44,014 bases of DNA, from NCBI GenBank assembly GCA_947085205.1, contig CAMTVO010000011.1, forward strand, positions 1-44,014, given 5' to 3'. The notes below the pieces were generated by a model. It did not search any database. It was given only the letters and a program-made list of their open reading frames with translations, and had not been told where the DNA came from. Shown piece after piece: positions 20,726-30,871 of the stretch (its first letter is position 1; each line of letters starts with the position of its first letter). A program made the position numbers and the translations under genes. This DNA comes from an uncultured Nitrospiraceae bacterium (GTDB lineage: Bacteria; Nitrospirota; Thermodesulfovibrionia; Thermodesulfovibrionales; Dissulfurispiraceae).

Positions 20726-20753
20726 AAAATAAGGGCATGCTATTGCATGCCCT
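20726..20753 (-). terminator. Rho-independent terminator of the barrel/partner operon
   Basis: AGGGCATGC-AATA-GCATGCCCT followed by TATTTT. Confidence 0.85.
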
Positions 20754-20777
20754 GTCGGCAGCTATGAAAATACAAAG

Positions 20778-21413
20778 TTACTCTATTGTTATGGTTACAT
20801 CGGGTTGTCCTGGTGATATATATTCAGGAGCAGCTTCATATTTCAATACTCCGTCAACATCAAAGGATACACTTATTGTCTGGGGGGAACTACCAGGACT
20901 AATTACAAATGACATATTACCTGTCAATACCAGATCGCTGCCTGAAACGCATTGCGGGGTAGCAGGACATGCAGGAATTCCAAGCACTGTAAAGTCAATG
21001 ACAGTAGTAACAGTTGAAGCAGCAGCATAATTACCTGCATTAGCAGTTGCCAGGGTATGTCCACCAATCGACTGCGTGCCATCCGTACAGTTTGTCCCAC
21101 CATTATCGCATGCCTTAATACCGAACTGATTGCTCACCGTCACTCTCCCCTGTGTATATGTTCCATTCGGCAGGGTTACGCCTGATGCCATGTTGCCTAT
21201 GGCTGTATTGGTAGAAGTAGCAGATGCTATGTTGAATGTTGCGGGTGTATCTGTTACTGTTACCCACTGTCCTGTTGTGCTGTTATATGCTTCAACCTTT
21301 TTTACCGTAACATTATATACCATATTAGCGTTATAATCTATGCCCACTTCTGCTGCATTGGATATGCCGGCAAACAAAAACAGCAATATTATTGCCAAAA
21401 CTATGTTTCTCAT
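20778..21413 (-). CDS. Secreted beta-rich hypothetical protein (DUF4382-like)
   Basis: Signal peptide ending SNA-A, Thr/Asn/Gly-rich, four Cys, LPNGTYTQGRVTV motif; starts right after the upstream stop. Confidence 0.75.
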   Translation of the reverse strand: MRNIVLAIILLFLFAGISNAAEVGIDYNANMVYNVTVKKVEAYNSTTGQWVTVTDTPATFNIASATSTNTAIGNMASGVTLPNGTYTQGRVTVSNQFGIKACDNGGTNCTDGTQSIGGHTLATANAGNYAAASTVTTVIDFTVLGIPACPATPQCVSGSDLVLTGNMSFVISPGSSPQTISVSFDVDGVLKYEAAPEYISPGQPDVTITIE

Positions 21414-21414
21414 A

Positions 21415-22338
21415 TTAGTTCCCCCTCTTTATCTTCACTGCAATTCCACCAGATGCTTTGGCATATTGTTCAACAACTATATCCTTTACCCTCTGCACAG
21501 GCTGCAATAGCTTCTGCTTCAAATCAATACCGCCGTCCTTTGTCCTCTTGGTCTTTATAGAGGCCGGCATATCGAGTCCGATGGTAAGCTGGGCATAATA
21601 CCTCTCTGCTTTATTCTCATCTTTCATGGCCTTCAGTTCTATGCCGGTATACTGTGTAATGGGATATATTACTCTTACTTGATATGTCTTTAAATCGTCT
21701 GTATATTTGGCATCAAACCACTGATAACCTGCATAAATCTTCAGGTCTTCAAGCGCTTTTACAGGGATGACAGAACCGCCTATTTCAAAATCATAGCCGT
21801 TCATAACCCTCTGGAAAATTCCTGTAGTTACCTGTTTTTCGTGAGAGTCTCCAAAATATGTGTTCACCCTCGCCTCATATCTTTTGCCCAATGCCTCGAA
21901 ACCAAAACCATATCTCCTGTGGTCATAATATGTTGTGTAATCATAAAAGGCATTCGCACCTAGCATAAGCCAATCAACTACTATGTTTCTGTAGCCCATG
22001 CCGAGGTTGTATGTCTGCTTACCGCCTCTTGTCCTCGCATTAAACTGTGTAAAAATTGCATCCCTGTCTGTCATGTACAGAGGCTGGACAGTTTCCAATT
22101 CATATGTGGGCTTATAATCGTCTTGAATCTCAAACTTAAGATTAATCCTTTTCAGCCAGTCAGGTGCGTCGTCAGGTTTTTTAAGACTGTTGATAAGAGC
22201 ATTTACACCTTTTGCAGTGCTGTTTGACGGTTTATCGGATGTCCCGCTGCCCGAATCCTTTGCTATTAAGTCGCCTGCAAATAAACTGCACGGGATCAAT
22301 AGCAACAAACATAAAACAAGTCCGACCGCTTTTTTCAT
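21415..22338 (-). CDS. Stand-alone inverse autotransporter (intimin/invasin-type) beta-barrel
   Basis: Signal peptide; ETVQPL, NLGMGYR, LGANAFYDY, HRRYGFGFE, NGYDFEIG, PVQRVKDIVVE; ends about 15 aa after the linker motif. Confidence 0.85.
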   Translation of the reverse strand: MKKAVGLVLCLLLLIPCSLFAGDLIAKDSGSGTSDKPSNSTAKGVNALINSLKKPDDAPDWLKRINLKFEIQDDYKPTYELETVQPLYMTDRDAIFTQFNARTRGGKQTYNLGMGYRNIVVDWLMLGANAFYDYTTYYDHRRYGFGFEALGKRYEARVNTYFGDSHEKQVTTGIFQRVMNGYDFEIGGSVIPVKALEDLKIYAGYQWFDAKYTDDLKTYQVRVIYPITQYTGIELKAMKDENKAERYYAQLTIGLDMPASIKTKRTKDGGIDLKQKLLQPVQRVKDIVVEQYAKASGGIAVKIKRGN

Positions 22339-22366
22339 AAATCCCTCCGCTTTGCATTTTTGAAGA

Positions 22367-22395
22367 ATTATAAAAAATTGGGGGGGGGAGGTCAA
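22367..22395 (-). promoter_or_regulatory. Sigma70 promoter with a C9 homopolymer in the spacer
   Basis: TTGACC-TCCCCCCCCCAATTTTT(17)-TATAAT. Confidence 0.8.
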
Positions 22396-22466
22396 CAAAT
22401 TTTTTAAGCAGGCTCTAACTAATTGTCTTACAAATGCATAAAGGAAGTTTATGCTAAACTATTCCA

Positions 22467-23276
22467 ATGAGAAACATCAGACTAACTATCCAGTATGACG
22501 GCACGAATTATAACGGCTGGCAGATACAGCAGTCAGCAGTCAGCAGTCAGCAGTCAGCAGTCAAAAGCCAAAAAAATGTTATTACGATACAGGGAACAAT
22601 TCAGAATGCAATCAAAAAGATAATGGACGAAGACGCAAAGGTTATCGGCGCTGGGAGAACTGATGCAGGTGTTCATGCCATAGAGCAGGTAGCATCCTTT
22701 AAGACATTATCAAAACTTTCAGCTGATGTCATAAAAAAGGCGTTAAACGCCAATCTGCCGGACGATATAAGGATGATGGATGCATCCGATGTAGAATTAG
22801 ACTTCCATCCGAGATTTGACGCAAAAAGCAAAATATATTTTTATGTGATTTCCAATTCACAAATAATCTCTCCGTTTCTGTACAGGTATGCTTGGAGGGT
22901 TCCGCAAATGCTTGATGTTGATGCAATGAAGAATGCAATGGATTTTTTGAAAGGAAAACAGGACTTCTCTACATTCAGGGCAAGCGGCTGCAGTTCAAAA
23001 AATCCTACCAGGACGATATTCTATTTATCGATAGAACTATCGGACTTTATCCACTTTATGGGCATAGGGTTTTCGGAGAGATTTATTAAAATACGCATCG
23101 AAGCGGATGCCTTTTTACGACACATGGTGAGAAACATCGTCGGAACGGTCGTTGAGGTCGGAAAAGGGAAAATTAATGCCGGGAATGTTAGAGAGATTAT
23201 TCTTTCAAAAGACAGAAAGCTTGCCGGGCCAACCGCACCGGCAAGAGGACTGTTTTTACAAAAGATAAACTATTAG
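22467..23276 (+). CDS. truA: tRNA pseudouridine(38-40) synthase
   Basis: YDGTNYNGWQ, GRTDAGVHA, FLRHMVRNIVG, TAPARGL. Confidence 0.97.
   Translation: MRNIRLTIQYDGTNYNGWQIQQSAVSSQQSAVKSQKNVITIQGTIQNAIKKIMDEDAKVIGAGRTDAGVHAIEQVASFKTLSKLSADVIKKALNANLPDDIRMMDASDVELDFHPRFDAKSKIYFYVISNSQIISPFLYRYAWRVPQMLDVDAMKNAMDFLKGKQDFSTFRASGCSSKNPTRTIFYLSIELSDFIHFMGIGFSERFIKIRIEADAFLRHMVRNIVGTVVEVGKGKINAGNVREIILSKDRKLAGPTAPARGLFLQKINY
22527..22573 (+). repeat. (CAGCAGT)x5 plus a degenerate unit, in frame in truA
   Basis: Five perfect heptamers at 22527-22561, then CAAAAGC CAAAA. Confidence 0.97.
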
Positions 23277-23283
23277 TCCCCTG

Positions 23284-23820
23284 CTATATCTCTTCCAGCT
23301 CTATCTTCTCCATCAATTCTTTTCTCTCCTGGCAGTCCCTGCAGTAGATGGCAAACGGCATAACCTTCAATCGCTCTTCGCTTATCTCATCGCCGCAATC
23401 CTCGCATGCGCCGTATGTGCCGTCTTGAAGCTTCATTAAAGCCGCATCTATCTTGATAAGAATTTCCCTGTGTGTACTCAACTGTTTAAGGCTTATGTCC
23501 TCAGCCAGGTCAACGACAGAAAGGTCTCCGTCATCCATTACGGTTTCCACAAGCTGTTTCCTTTCGCCTGACTTGAATTTCTTTATCTCTGACTTAGCCT
23601 CTTTGACTATATCCTCTCTTTTCTGTATGAGCAGTTTCCTGAGTATTTCTTTCCTTGTCTTTTCGTCCTCAACAGCTGGCTTGCTCTTTGGCTTTGGCTG
23701 TGATTTCGGCTTTGACTTGCTCTCTAACTTGGATTTTGCTTTTGGCGCGGCTTTCTTCTCTGATTCCTTTGTTGCCTTAGGCTTTAATTCTTTTTTTGTT
23801 GTTTTTACTTTTTTAGCCAT
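23284..23820 (-). CDS. dksA: DksA/TraR family C4 zinc-finger protein with Lys-rich N-tail
   Basis: YGACEDCGDEISEERL...CRDCQE. Confidence 0.8.
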   Translation of the reverse strand: MAKKVKTTKKELKPKATKESEKKAAPKAKSKLESKSKPKSQPKPKSKPAVEDEKTRKEILRKLLIQKREDIVKEAKSEIKKFKSGERKQLVETVMDDGDLSVVDLAEDISLKQLSTHREILIKIDAALMKLQDGTYGACEDCGDEISEERLKVMPFAIYCRDCQERKELMEKIELEEI

Positions 23821-23835
23821 TATCCCTCCTCAACT

Positions 23836-23928
23836 GGGTTTATTGCGTTATTGCGTAAAGCGTTGAGCGTTGTGTGTTTTGGTGTTTTGCACTATAACTC
23901 CATAACGCTTTACGCTATGAACGCTATT
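23836..23928. repeat. Inverted pair of 7/8-mer arrays upstream of dksA
   Basis: TGCGTTAT TGCGTAA AGCGTTG AGCGTTG ... ATAACTCC ATAACGCT TTACGCT ATGAACGCT. Confidence 0.75.
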
Positions 23929-24055
23929 CAGCGGTCTCTTCCTTGAAGACCTCTATGATACTGCGGACATTAATGCCTGCCTGTTCAAGCGCTTTCTGGA
24001 CATCCATAAGCTTTGCATCCGTTACCTTCACAACATAGTTAGTGTTAGTAGCCAT
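23924..24055 (-). CDS. 43-aa small protein absent from the ORF track
   Basis: MATNTNYVVKVTDAKLMDVQKALEQAGINVRSIIEVFKEETAE*; GGAGGT RBS inside the frr end; ATG 1 nt after the frr stop. Confidence 0.75.
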   Translation of the reverse strand: MATNTNYVVKVTDAKLMDVQKALEQAGINVRSIIEVFKEETAE

Positions 24056-24056
24056 A

Positions 24057-24617
24057 TCATACCTCCATAATTTCCTTTTCTTTATGCTGAAGGACTTCTT
24101 CGACCTTGGCTATATAAGAATCCGTAACCTTCTGAATCTCTTCCTGAAGCCTCTTGACATCGTCTTCGCTCAGGTGCTGCTCTTTTTCGGACTTTTTGAG
24201 TTCGTCATTGATATCTCTCCTGATATTCCTTACCGCAACCCTTGCTTCCTCAGCCCTCTTTTTTACTACCTTCACAAGCTCTTTTCTTCTTTCTTCCGTA
24301 AGGGCAGGTATATTTATTCTTATAACCTTTCCGTCATTGGAGGGAGTAAGTCCAAGGCCTGATTTCAATATGGCCTTTTCTATCTCCGGTATGAGTTTCT
24401 GCTCCCACGGCTGTATTGTTATCTGCCTGCTCTCGGGTATTCCTAATGTAGCAGCCTGATTGAGAGGCGTCGGCGTGCCGTAATAGTCTACGTTTATCCC
24501 GTCAAGCAGAGAAAGCGATGCCCTTCCTGTCCTTATGGAGGCAAAGTCCTTTTTTAAGGACTCTATGGCGCCGTTCATCCTGTCAGTGGCCTTCTTCTTA
24601 ACCTCTTGCATCTTCAT
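24057..24617 (-). CDS. frr: Ribosome recycling factor
   Basis: [31 protein letters not shown]. Confidence 0.98.
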   Translation of the reverse strand: MKMQEVKKKATDRMNGAIESLKKDFASIRTGRASLSLLDGINVDYYGTPTPLNQAATLGIPESRQITIQPWEQKLIPEIEKAILKSGLGLTPSNDGKVIRINIPALTEERRKELVKVVKKRAEEARVAVRNIRRDINDELKKSEKEQHLSEDDVKRLQEEIQKVTDSYIAKVEEVLQHKEKEIMEV

Positions 24618-24648
24618 TCACCCCATTTTTTAATGAGTAATTCTTAAT

Positions 24649-26061
<1,413 letters not shown>

Positions 26062-26065
<4 letters not shown>

Positions 26066-26820
26066 CCTGCCGTCTCCTCCTGCATAATTTTTTCCTCTAT
26101 CCCCGCCTTTTCTGTCTCCTCTTCCATTATCTTCTGTAACGCGCCCTTGCCCTCAAGCACCGCATCTGCCATCTTTGATGCAAGAAGCTTGATAGCCCTT
26201 ATTGCATCGTCATTGCCGGGGATGACATAATCTGCATCATCAGGATCGCAATTGCTGTCAACAACAGCCACAACCGGTATTGAAAGCCTTCTGGCTTCTG
26301 CAACGGCAATCTTTTCCTTCTTCGGGTCTATGACAAAGAGTGTGCCCGGCAGGTTTGTCATATCTTTTATCCCGCTCAGGTTCTTCTCCAGCTTTTCCCT
26401 TTCCTTCTCAAGCTGCGATACCTCTTTTTTGGTGAGCACATTGTAAGTGCCGTCTTCTTTCATTGTCTCTATCTTCTTTAGCCTTTCTATGCTCTTCCTG
26501 ACTGTCGAGAAGTTTGTGAGCATGCCACCAAGCCATCTGTTATTTACATAAAAGGCGCCTGCCCTCTGCGCCTCTTCTGCAACAGAATCCTGAGCCTGCT
26601 TCTTTGTGCCTACAAAGAGTACAGGCGCGCCTTTTGATGCCATATTCCTGACAAAGTTGTAGGCCTCCTCTACACCCTTCAATGTTTTCTGAAGGTCGAC
26701 GATATGGATACCATTCCTCTCTCCGAAGATGTATTTCTTCATCTTCGGGTTCCATCTCTTCACCTGATGCCCGAAATGGACGCCTGATTCCAACAGCTCC
26801 TTCATTGTTACAACACCCAT
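26062..26820 (-). CDS. rpsB: 30S ribosomal protein S2
   Basis: [29 protein letters not shown]. Confidence 0.99.
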
Positions 26821-26835
26821 CTTTACTTCCTCCTT

Positions 26836-26912
26836 ATGGTTTTTCCTCCGTCCGATCCACCCCTAAACTCACGAATGTGAGACCATCGGGGGAATCTTTC
26901 CGGACGTGCGTT
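26836..26912 (-). promoter_or_regulatory. rpsB (S2) autoregulatory leader
   Basis: ACGCACGTCCG...CGGACGGAGG-AAAAACC stem architecture resembling known rpsB 5'UTRs; upstream TTGAAA-N18-TATCTT with extended -10 (26953-26924). Confidence 0.6.
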
Positions 26913-26957
26913 TTTAGCTGATAAAGATAGCACAAATATTGCTTATTTTTCAAGCTG

Positions 26958-27887
26958 TCATATGCTTTCCGGCAAAAACAACCCTGTGCTCAAATACCTG
27001 TCTCCCCTGTCAGGGAATATCACAGCCACCTTTTTCCCTTTCCCCAGCTTCTCTGCAACCTTCATTGCCGCCCACATGGCAGCGCCAGATGATATGCCGA
27101 CGAGAATCCCCTCTTTTAGTGCCAATTGTCTTGTGGCATTTTCCGCATCATTGTCGGTTACAGGGATGACCTCGTTATATATCTTTGTATTTAAGACGCC
27201 TTGATAAAAACCAGCGCCTATCCCCGCAATCTTATGTTTCCCTGGTTCTCCGCCTGAGAGAACGGGAGAACCGGCAGGTTCAACAGCAGCTATCCATATA
27301 TCCGGCCTTCTCTCCTTCAAGACCTCTCCTGTTCCTGTTATGGTCCCGCCTGTTCCAACGCCTGCTACAAAGGCATCCGGCACGCAGTCAAGGTCGTTTA
27401 TTATCTCAATGGCGGTTGTCCTTCTGTGTATCTCAGGATTTGCCTTATTTTCAAACTGCTGCGGCATAAAGAAATCAGGATTTTTCAAAGCAATCTCCTC
27501 TGCCTTTTCCACAGCGCCCATCATGCCTCTATCACCCGGAGTCAGTACAAGCTCGGCGCCGAATGCCTGAAGCAACTGCCTCCTTTCCGTAGACATGGTC
27601 TCGGACATCGTAAGTATAAGCCTGCATCCCTTAACAGCAGCAACCATGGCAAGTCCTATTCCTGTGTTGCCGCTTGTCGGCTCTACAATAGTCCCGCCCT
27701 TCTTGAGCCTGCCTTCTTTCTCTGCGGTCTCTATCATAAAAAGCGCTATCCTATCCTTCACGGAGCCTCCGGGGTTAAAGCCCTCAAGCTTTGCCCATAT
27801 CTCGGCATTGTTTTCCGTAACCATTCTGTTGATTTTGACCAACGGAGTGTTTCCGATAAGGCTCAGAATGTTTGCATGCGGCTTCAT
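26958..27887 (-). CDS. cysK: Cysteine synthase A
   Basis: NPGGSVKDR, EPTSGNTG, GVGTGGT, GISSGA. Confidence 0.95.
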   Translation of the reverse strand: MKPHANILSLIGNTPLVKINRMVTENNAEIWAKLEGFNPGGSVKDRIALFMIETAEKEGRLKKGGTIVEPTSGNTGIGLAMVAAVKGCRLILTMSETMSTERRQLLQAFGAELVLTPGDRGMMGAVEKAEEIALKNPDFFMPQQFENKANPEIHRRTTAIEIINDLDCVPDAFVAGVGTGGTITGTGEVLKERRPDIWIAAVEPAGSPVLSGGEPGKHKIAGIGAGFYQGVLNTKIYNEVIPVTDNDAENATRQLALKEGILVGISSGAAMWAAMKVAEKLGKGKKVAVIFPDRGDRYLSTGLFLPESI

Positions 27888-27899
27888 ACCCCCCCTAAT

Positions 27900-27950
27900 A
27901 AGTTAAAGAGTTCATGAACTCTCAACTCATAACTCCTCAACTCCATAACT
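27900..27950. repeat. 7/8-mer arrays (short inverted pair) in the cysK/mqnD divergent spacer
   Basis: AAGTTAAA GAGTTCAT, then GAACTCT CAACTCA TAACTCCT CAACTCCA TAACT. Confidence 0.75.
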
Positions 27951-27978
27951 TTTTAATCTGGTAAATAATAAATATTTA

Positions 27979-28854
27979 ATGATAAAATTGCAAACTATGA
28001 TAAGCTTAGGTTTTTCGCCGTGTCCAAACGACACCTTCATCTTTTACGCACTTGCAAACAAAAAAATAGATACAAAAGGGTTTGAGTTTAATTTCATCAT
28101 CGAAGATGTAGAGACGCTGAACCAACTCGCAATGAAAAGGGCGATCGATGTTACAAAAATATCGTGCCCTGCATTCTATTATCTTCAGGACGATTACCAT
28201 TTTTTGAGGTCTGGAGGGGCATTCGGCAGAGGATGCGGACCGCTCTTAGTAATCGAGAGTCAACATAACAAACGACGCACGACAAACAACGCACAACGCA
28301 TGACTCACGATACACGACGCATTAATAAAATAGCGATTCCCGGCGAACTCACTACAGCATTCCTGTTATTAAAGCTTCATTTATCCTCAAACTCATCGCT
28401 CATCACTCGTCACTCATCACTGTCTTTTATTGCCATGCCCTTTCACAAAATCATGGAGGCAGTCAGGGATAAAAAGGTGGATGCAGGCCTCATAATACAT
28501 GAAAGCAGATTCACATACCATGAATACGGACTTGCAAAGATCGTAGACCTTGGAGATTGGTGGGAAAAGGAGACAGGATTGCCAATACCCCTCGGCGGTA
28601 TCATTGTGAAAAAATCCTTATGCATGAAAACTATCAGGACGATTGAAGACCTCATAAAGGCGAGTGTAGAATATTCAATGCTTCACAGGGACGAGGCTAT
28701 GCTTTATATCAAAAAATATTCACAGGAATTATCAGATGATGTAATATTTAAGCACATATCCCTTTATGTTAACGATTATACCCTTGATATCGGCGATGAA
28801 GGAGAGACTGCACTTAATGAATTATTAAAGAGGGCAAAAGGAGAAAAACTATGA
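27979..28854 (+). CDS. mqnD: 1,4-dihydroxy-6-naphthoate synthase (futalosine pathway)
   Basis: GFSPCPNDTFIF, DVETLN, GRGCGP, IIHESRFTY, LPIPLG; start may be 27997. Confidence 0.93.
   Translation: MIKLQTMISLGFSPCPNDTFIFYALANKKIDTKGFEFNFIIEDVETLNQLAMKRAIDVTKISCPAFYYLQDDYHFLRSGGAFGRGCGPLLVIESQHNKRRTTNNAQRMTHDTRRINKIAIPGELTTAFLLLKLHLSSNSSLITRHSSLSFIAMPFHKIMEAVRDKKVDAGLIIHESRFTYHEYGLAKIVDLGDWWEKETGLPIPLGGIIVKKSLCMKTIRTIEDLIKASVEYSMLHRDEAMLYIKKYSQELSDDVIFKHISLYVNDYTLDIGDEGETALNELLKRAKGEKL
28261..28323 (+). repeat. Heptamer array in frame in mqnD (first)
   Basis: ACAAACG ACGCACG ACAAACA ACGCACA ACGCATG ACTCACG ATACACG ACGCATT. Confidence 0.88.
28391..28424 (+). repeat. Heptamer array in frame in mqnD (second)
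   Basis: ACTCATC GCTCATC ACTCGTC ACTCATC ACTG; encodes NSSLITRHSSL. Confidence 0.88.
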
Positions 28855-30554
28855 CAGTATCGATAGCCGAGTTTATCAAAGAGCCGAAGATAGCGTACTT
28901 TTCTATGGAGATCGGCGTCAGGAGCGATATGCCAACATACAGCGGTGGACTCGGCGTGCTTGCAGGAGATACAATCAAATCTGCAGCAGACTTAAACCTC
29001 CCGGTAGTTGCAGTAACCATCCTGACAAAAAAGGGCTACTTCAAACAGGAGCTTGACATTTACGGCAGGCAGACAGAACTGCCCGATGAATGGGACCCGA
29101 ATAGTTTTATGACACCGCTTAAGGAAAGGATTAGCATTTTTATAGAGGAAAGAGAGGTCTTTATAGGCGCATGGCTCTATGTTGTGGAAAGCATGAGGGG
29201 CCCAAAAATACCGATTATATTCCTCGATACAGACTTGCCGGAGAATGCACCGGAAGACAGGGGTCTTACGCATCATCTCTATGGCGGTGATCAAGTTTAC
29301 AGGCTCAAACAGGAGATAGTCCTTGGTATTGGCGGTACAAGAATGCTTGACGAGCTTGGATTTGAAATAAAGAAGTACCACATGAATGAAGGGCATTCGA
29401 GTCTTCTGACTCTCGAATTGCTGAAGCGGTACAAAAAAGACATAGAAGAGGTATGGGACGAAAGGCTTGTATGGGATGTCGAGAAGATAAGGAGCCTCTG
29501 CGTATTCACAACCCACACGCCTGTGGCAGCAGGGCACGACAAGTTCCCGTACGACCTTGTGCAAAGAACAATGTGTGAAATACTCCCTATAGATATAGTA
29601 AAAGAATTAGCAGGCCATGAGCATCTGAATATGACGATGCTCGCATTGAATCTCAGCAACTATATAAATGGTGTTGCTAAAAAGCATGGCGAGGTGTCAA
29701 AGGGCATGTTCCCGGGCTATGAGATTCACGCCATAACAAACGGGGTCCACTCCTTTACATGGACATGCGACAGTTTCAAAAGGCTCTTTGATAAATACCT
29801 GCCGGGATGGGCGAACGAGCCGGAAATATTCGTGAGGGTCGGCCGCATACCGGACGACGAACTATGGGAAGCTCACATGGAGGCAAAATGTCACCTGATT
29901 GATTATGTCAACCGCGAGACACAGGCCGGAATGAACCATGATACTTTTACCATCGGCTTTGCAAGACGCGCTACGGCCTACAAAAGGGCAGACCTCCTCT
30001 TTACTGACACAGACAGGCTCGCACGCATCGGTGAAGGCAGACTTCAGATAATCTATGCAGGGAAGGCGCATCCTAAGGATGAATCAGGCAAGCAACTTAT
30101 ACAGCGCATATTCGAAATCAAGAATAGGCTTAAAGATAAGATAAAAATTGCATTCCTGAAAAATTACAACATGGATTTAGCCCTGAAGCTCGTGTCCGGA
30201 GTCGATGTATGGCTCAATACACCGTTGAGACCCCTTGAGGCGTCAGGCACAAGCGGCATGAAGGCAACGCATAACGGCGTTCCGAATTTCAGTGTCCTCG
30301 ACGGTTGGTGGATAGAGGGGCATATAGAATGCTTTACAGGATGGGCGATAGGCCCTTCACCTGATGTCCCTGCCGATCCTGCGCGGGATGCGGACGACCT
30401 ATATTACAAACTCGAAGCTCTAATCATACCCACATTTTACAATGACAAGCACACTTGGATCAGGATAATGCAGAATGCCATCGGCAAAAACGCATACTAC
30501 TTCAACTCGCACAGGATGATGAGAAGGTATGTGACAGAGGCGTATATAAGATAG
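28851..30554 (+). CDS. glgP: Alpha-glucan phosphorylase
   Basis: YSGGLGVLAGD, HMNEGH, FARRATAYKR, EASGTSGMKA. Confidence 0.93.
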   Translation: MTVSIAEFIKEPKIAYFSMEIGVRSDMPTYSGGLGVLAGDTIKSAADLNLPVVAVTILTKKGYFKQELDIYGRQTELPDEWDPNSFMTPLKERISIFIEEREVFIGAWLYVVESMRGPKIPIIFLDTDLPENAPEDRGLTHHLYGGDQVYRLKQEIVLGIGGTRMLDELGFEIKKYHMNEGHSSLLTLELLKRYKKDIEEVWDERLVWDVEKIRSLCVFTTHTPVAAGHDKFPYDLVQRTMCEILPIDIVKELAGHEHLNMTMLALNLSNYINGVAKKHGEVSKGMFPGYEIHAITNGVHSFTWTCDSFKRLFDKYLPGWANEPEIFVRVGRIPDDELWEAHMEAKCHLIDYVNRETQAGMNHDTFTIGFARRATAYKRADLLFTDTDRLARIGEGRLQIIYAGKAHPKDESGKQLIQRIFEIKNRLKDKIKIAFLKNYNMDLALKLVSGVDVWLNTPLRPLEASGTSGMKATHNGVPNFSVLDGWWIEGHIECFTGWAIGPSPDVPADPARDADDLYYKLEALIIPTFYNDKHTWIRIMQNAIGKNAYYFNSHRMMRRYVTEAYIR

Positions 30555-30608
30555 CCGTCCTGCCTACCACACAAAAGAAAGCAGGGCATCTAAGTCCAAC
30601 AAAAAACT

Positions 30609-30809
30609 TCATGCCAACAAGATGTCTTGCTCGTCAGACTCTATGTCGTCAAAGAGAGGCACCCATTCGCCCTTTTGGGTCAATACAAAGGGCATCTCCT
30701 TCTGGCATTTTTTGCATTTTCTGATCTCAGCTGCCTTGATTCCGAGGTCCATCAGATCGGATGCAATTCCGTGATGAGATATGGTTTCGTATTTGTGAAT
30801 GTGTTTCAT
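30609..30809 (-). CDS. 66-aa hypothetical protein, possible zinc ribbon
   Basis: AGGAGG RBS, start MKHIHKY; HxH and CKKC motifs, acidic tail. Confidence 0.7.
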   Translation of the reverse strand: MKHIHKYETISHHGIASDLMDLGIKAAEIRKCKKCQKEMPFVLTQKGEWVPLFDDIESDEQDILLA

Positions 30810-30871
30810 TGCAGTGTCCTCCTTCCTCTTAGAATATCCTAACCAAAACAATAAGTCGAGTCAAACAGTTT

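Noticed and set aside
23686..23815. Lys/Pro/Ser-rich repeats in the DksA N-tail as part of the heptamer family
   Set aside because: The period is a multiple of 3 (protein-level KPKS-type repeats), and such tails are common in DksA-like proteins
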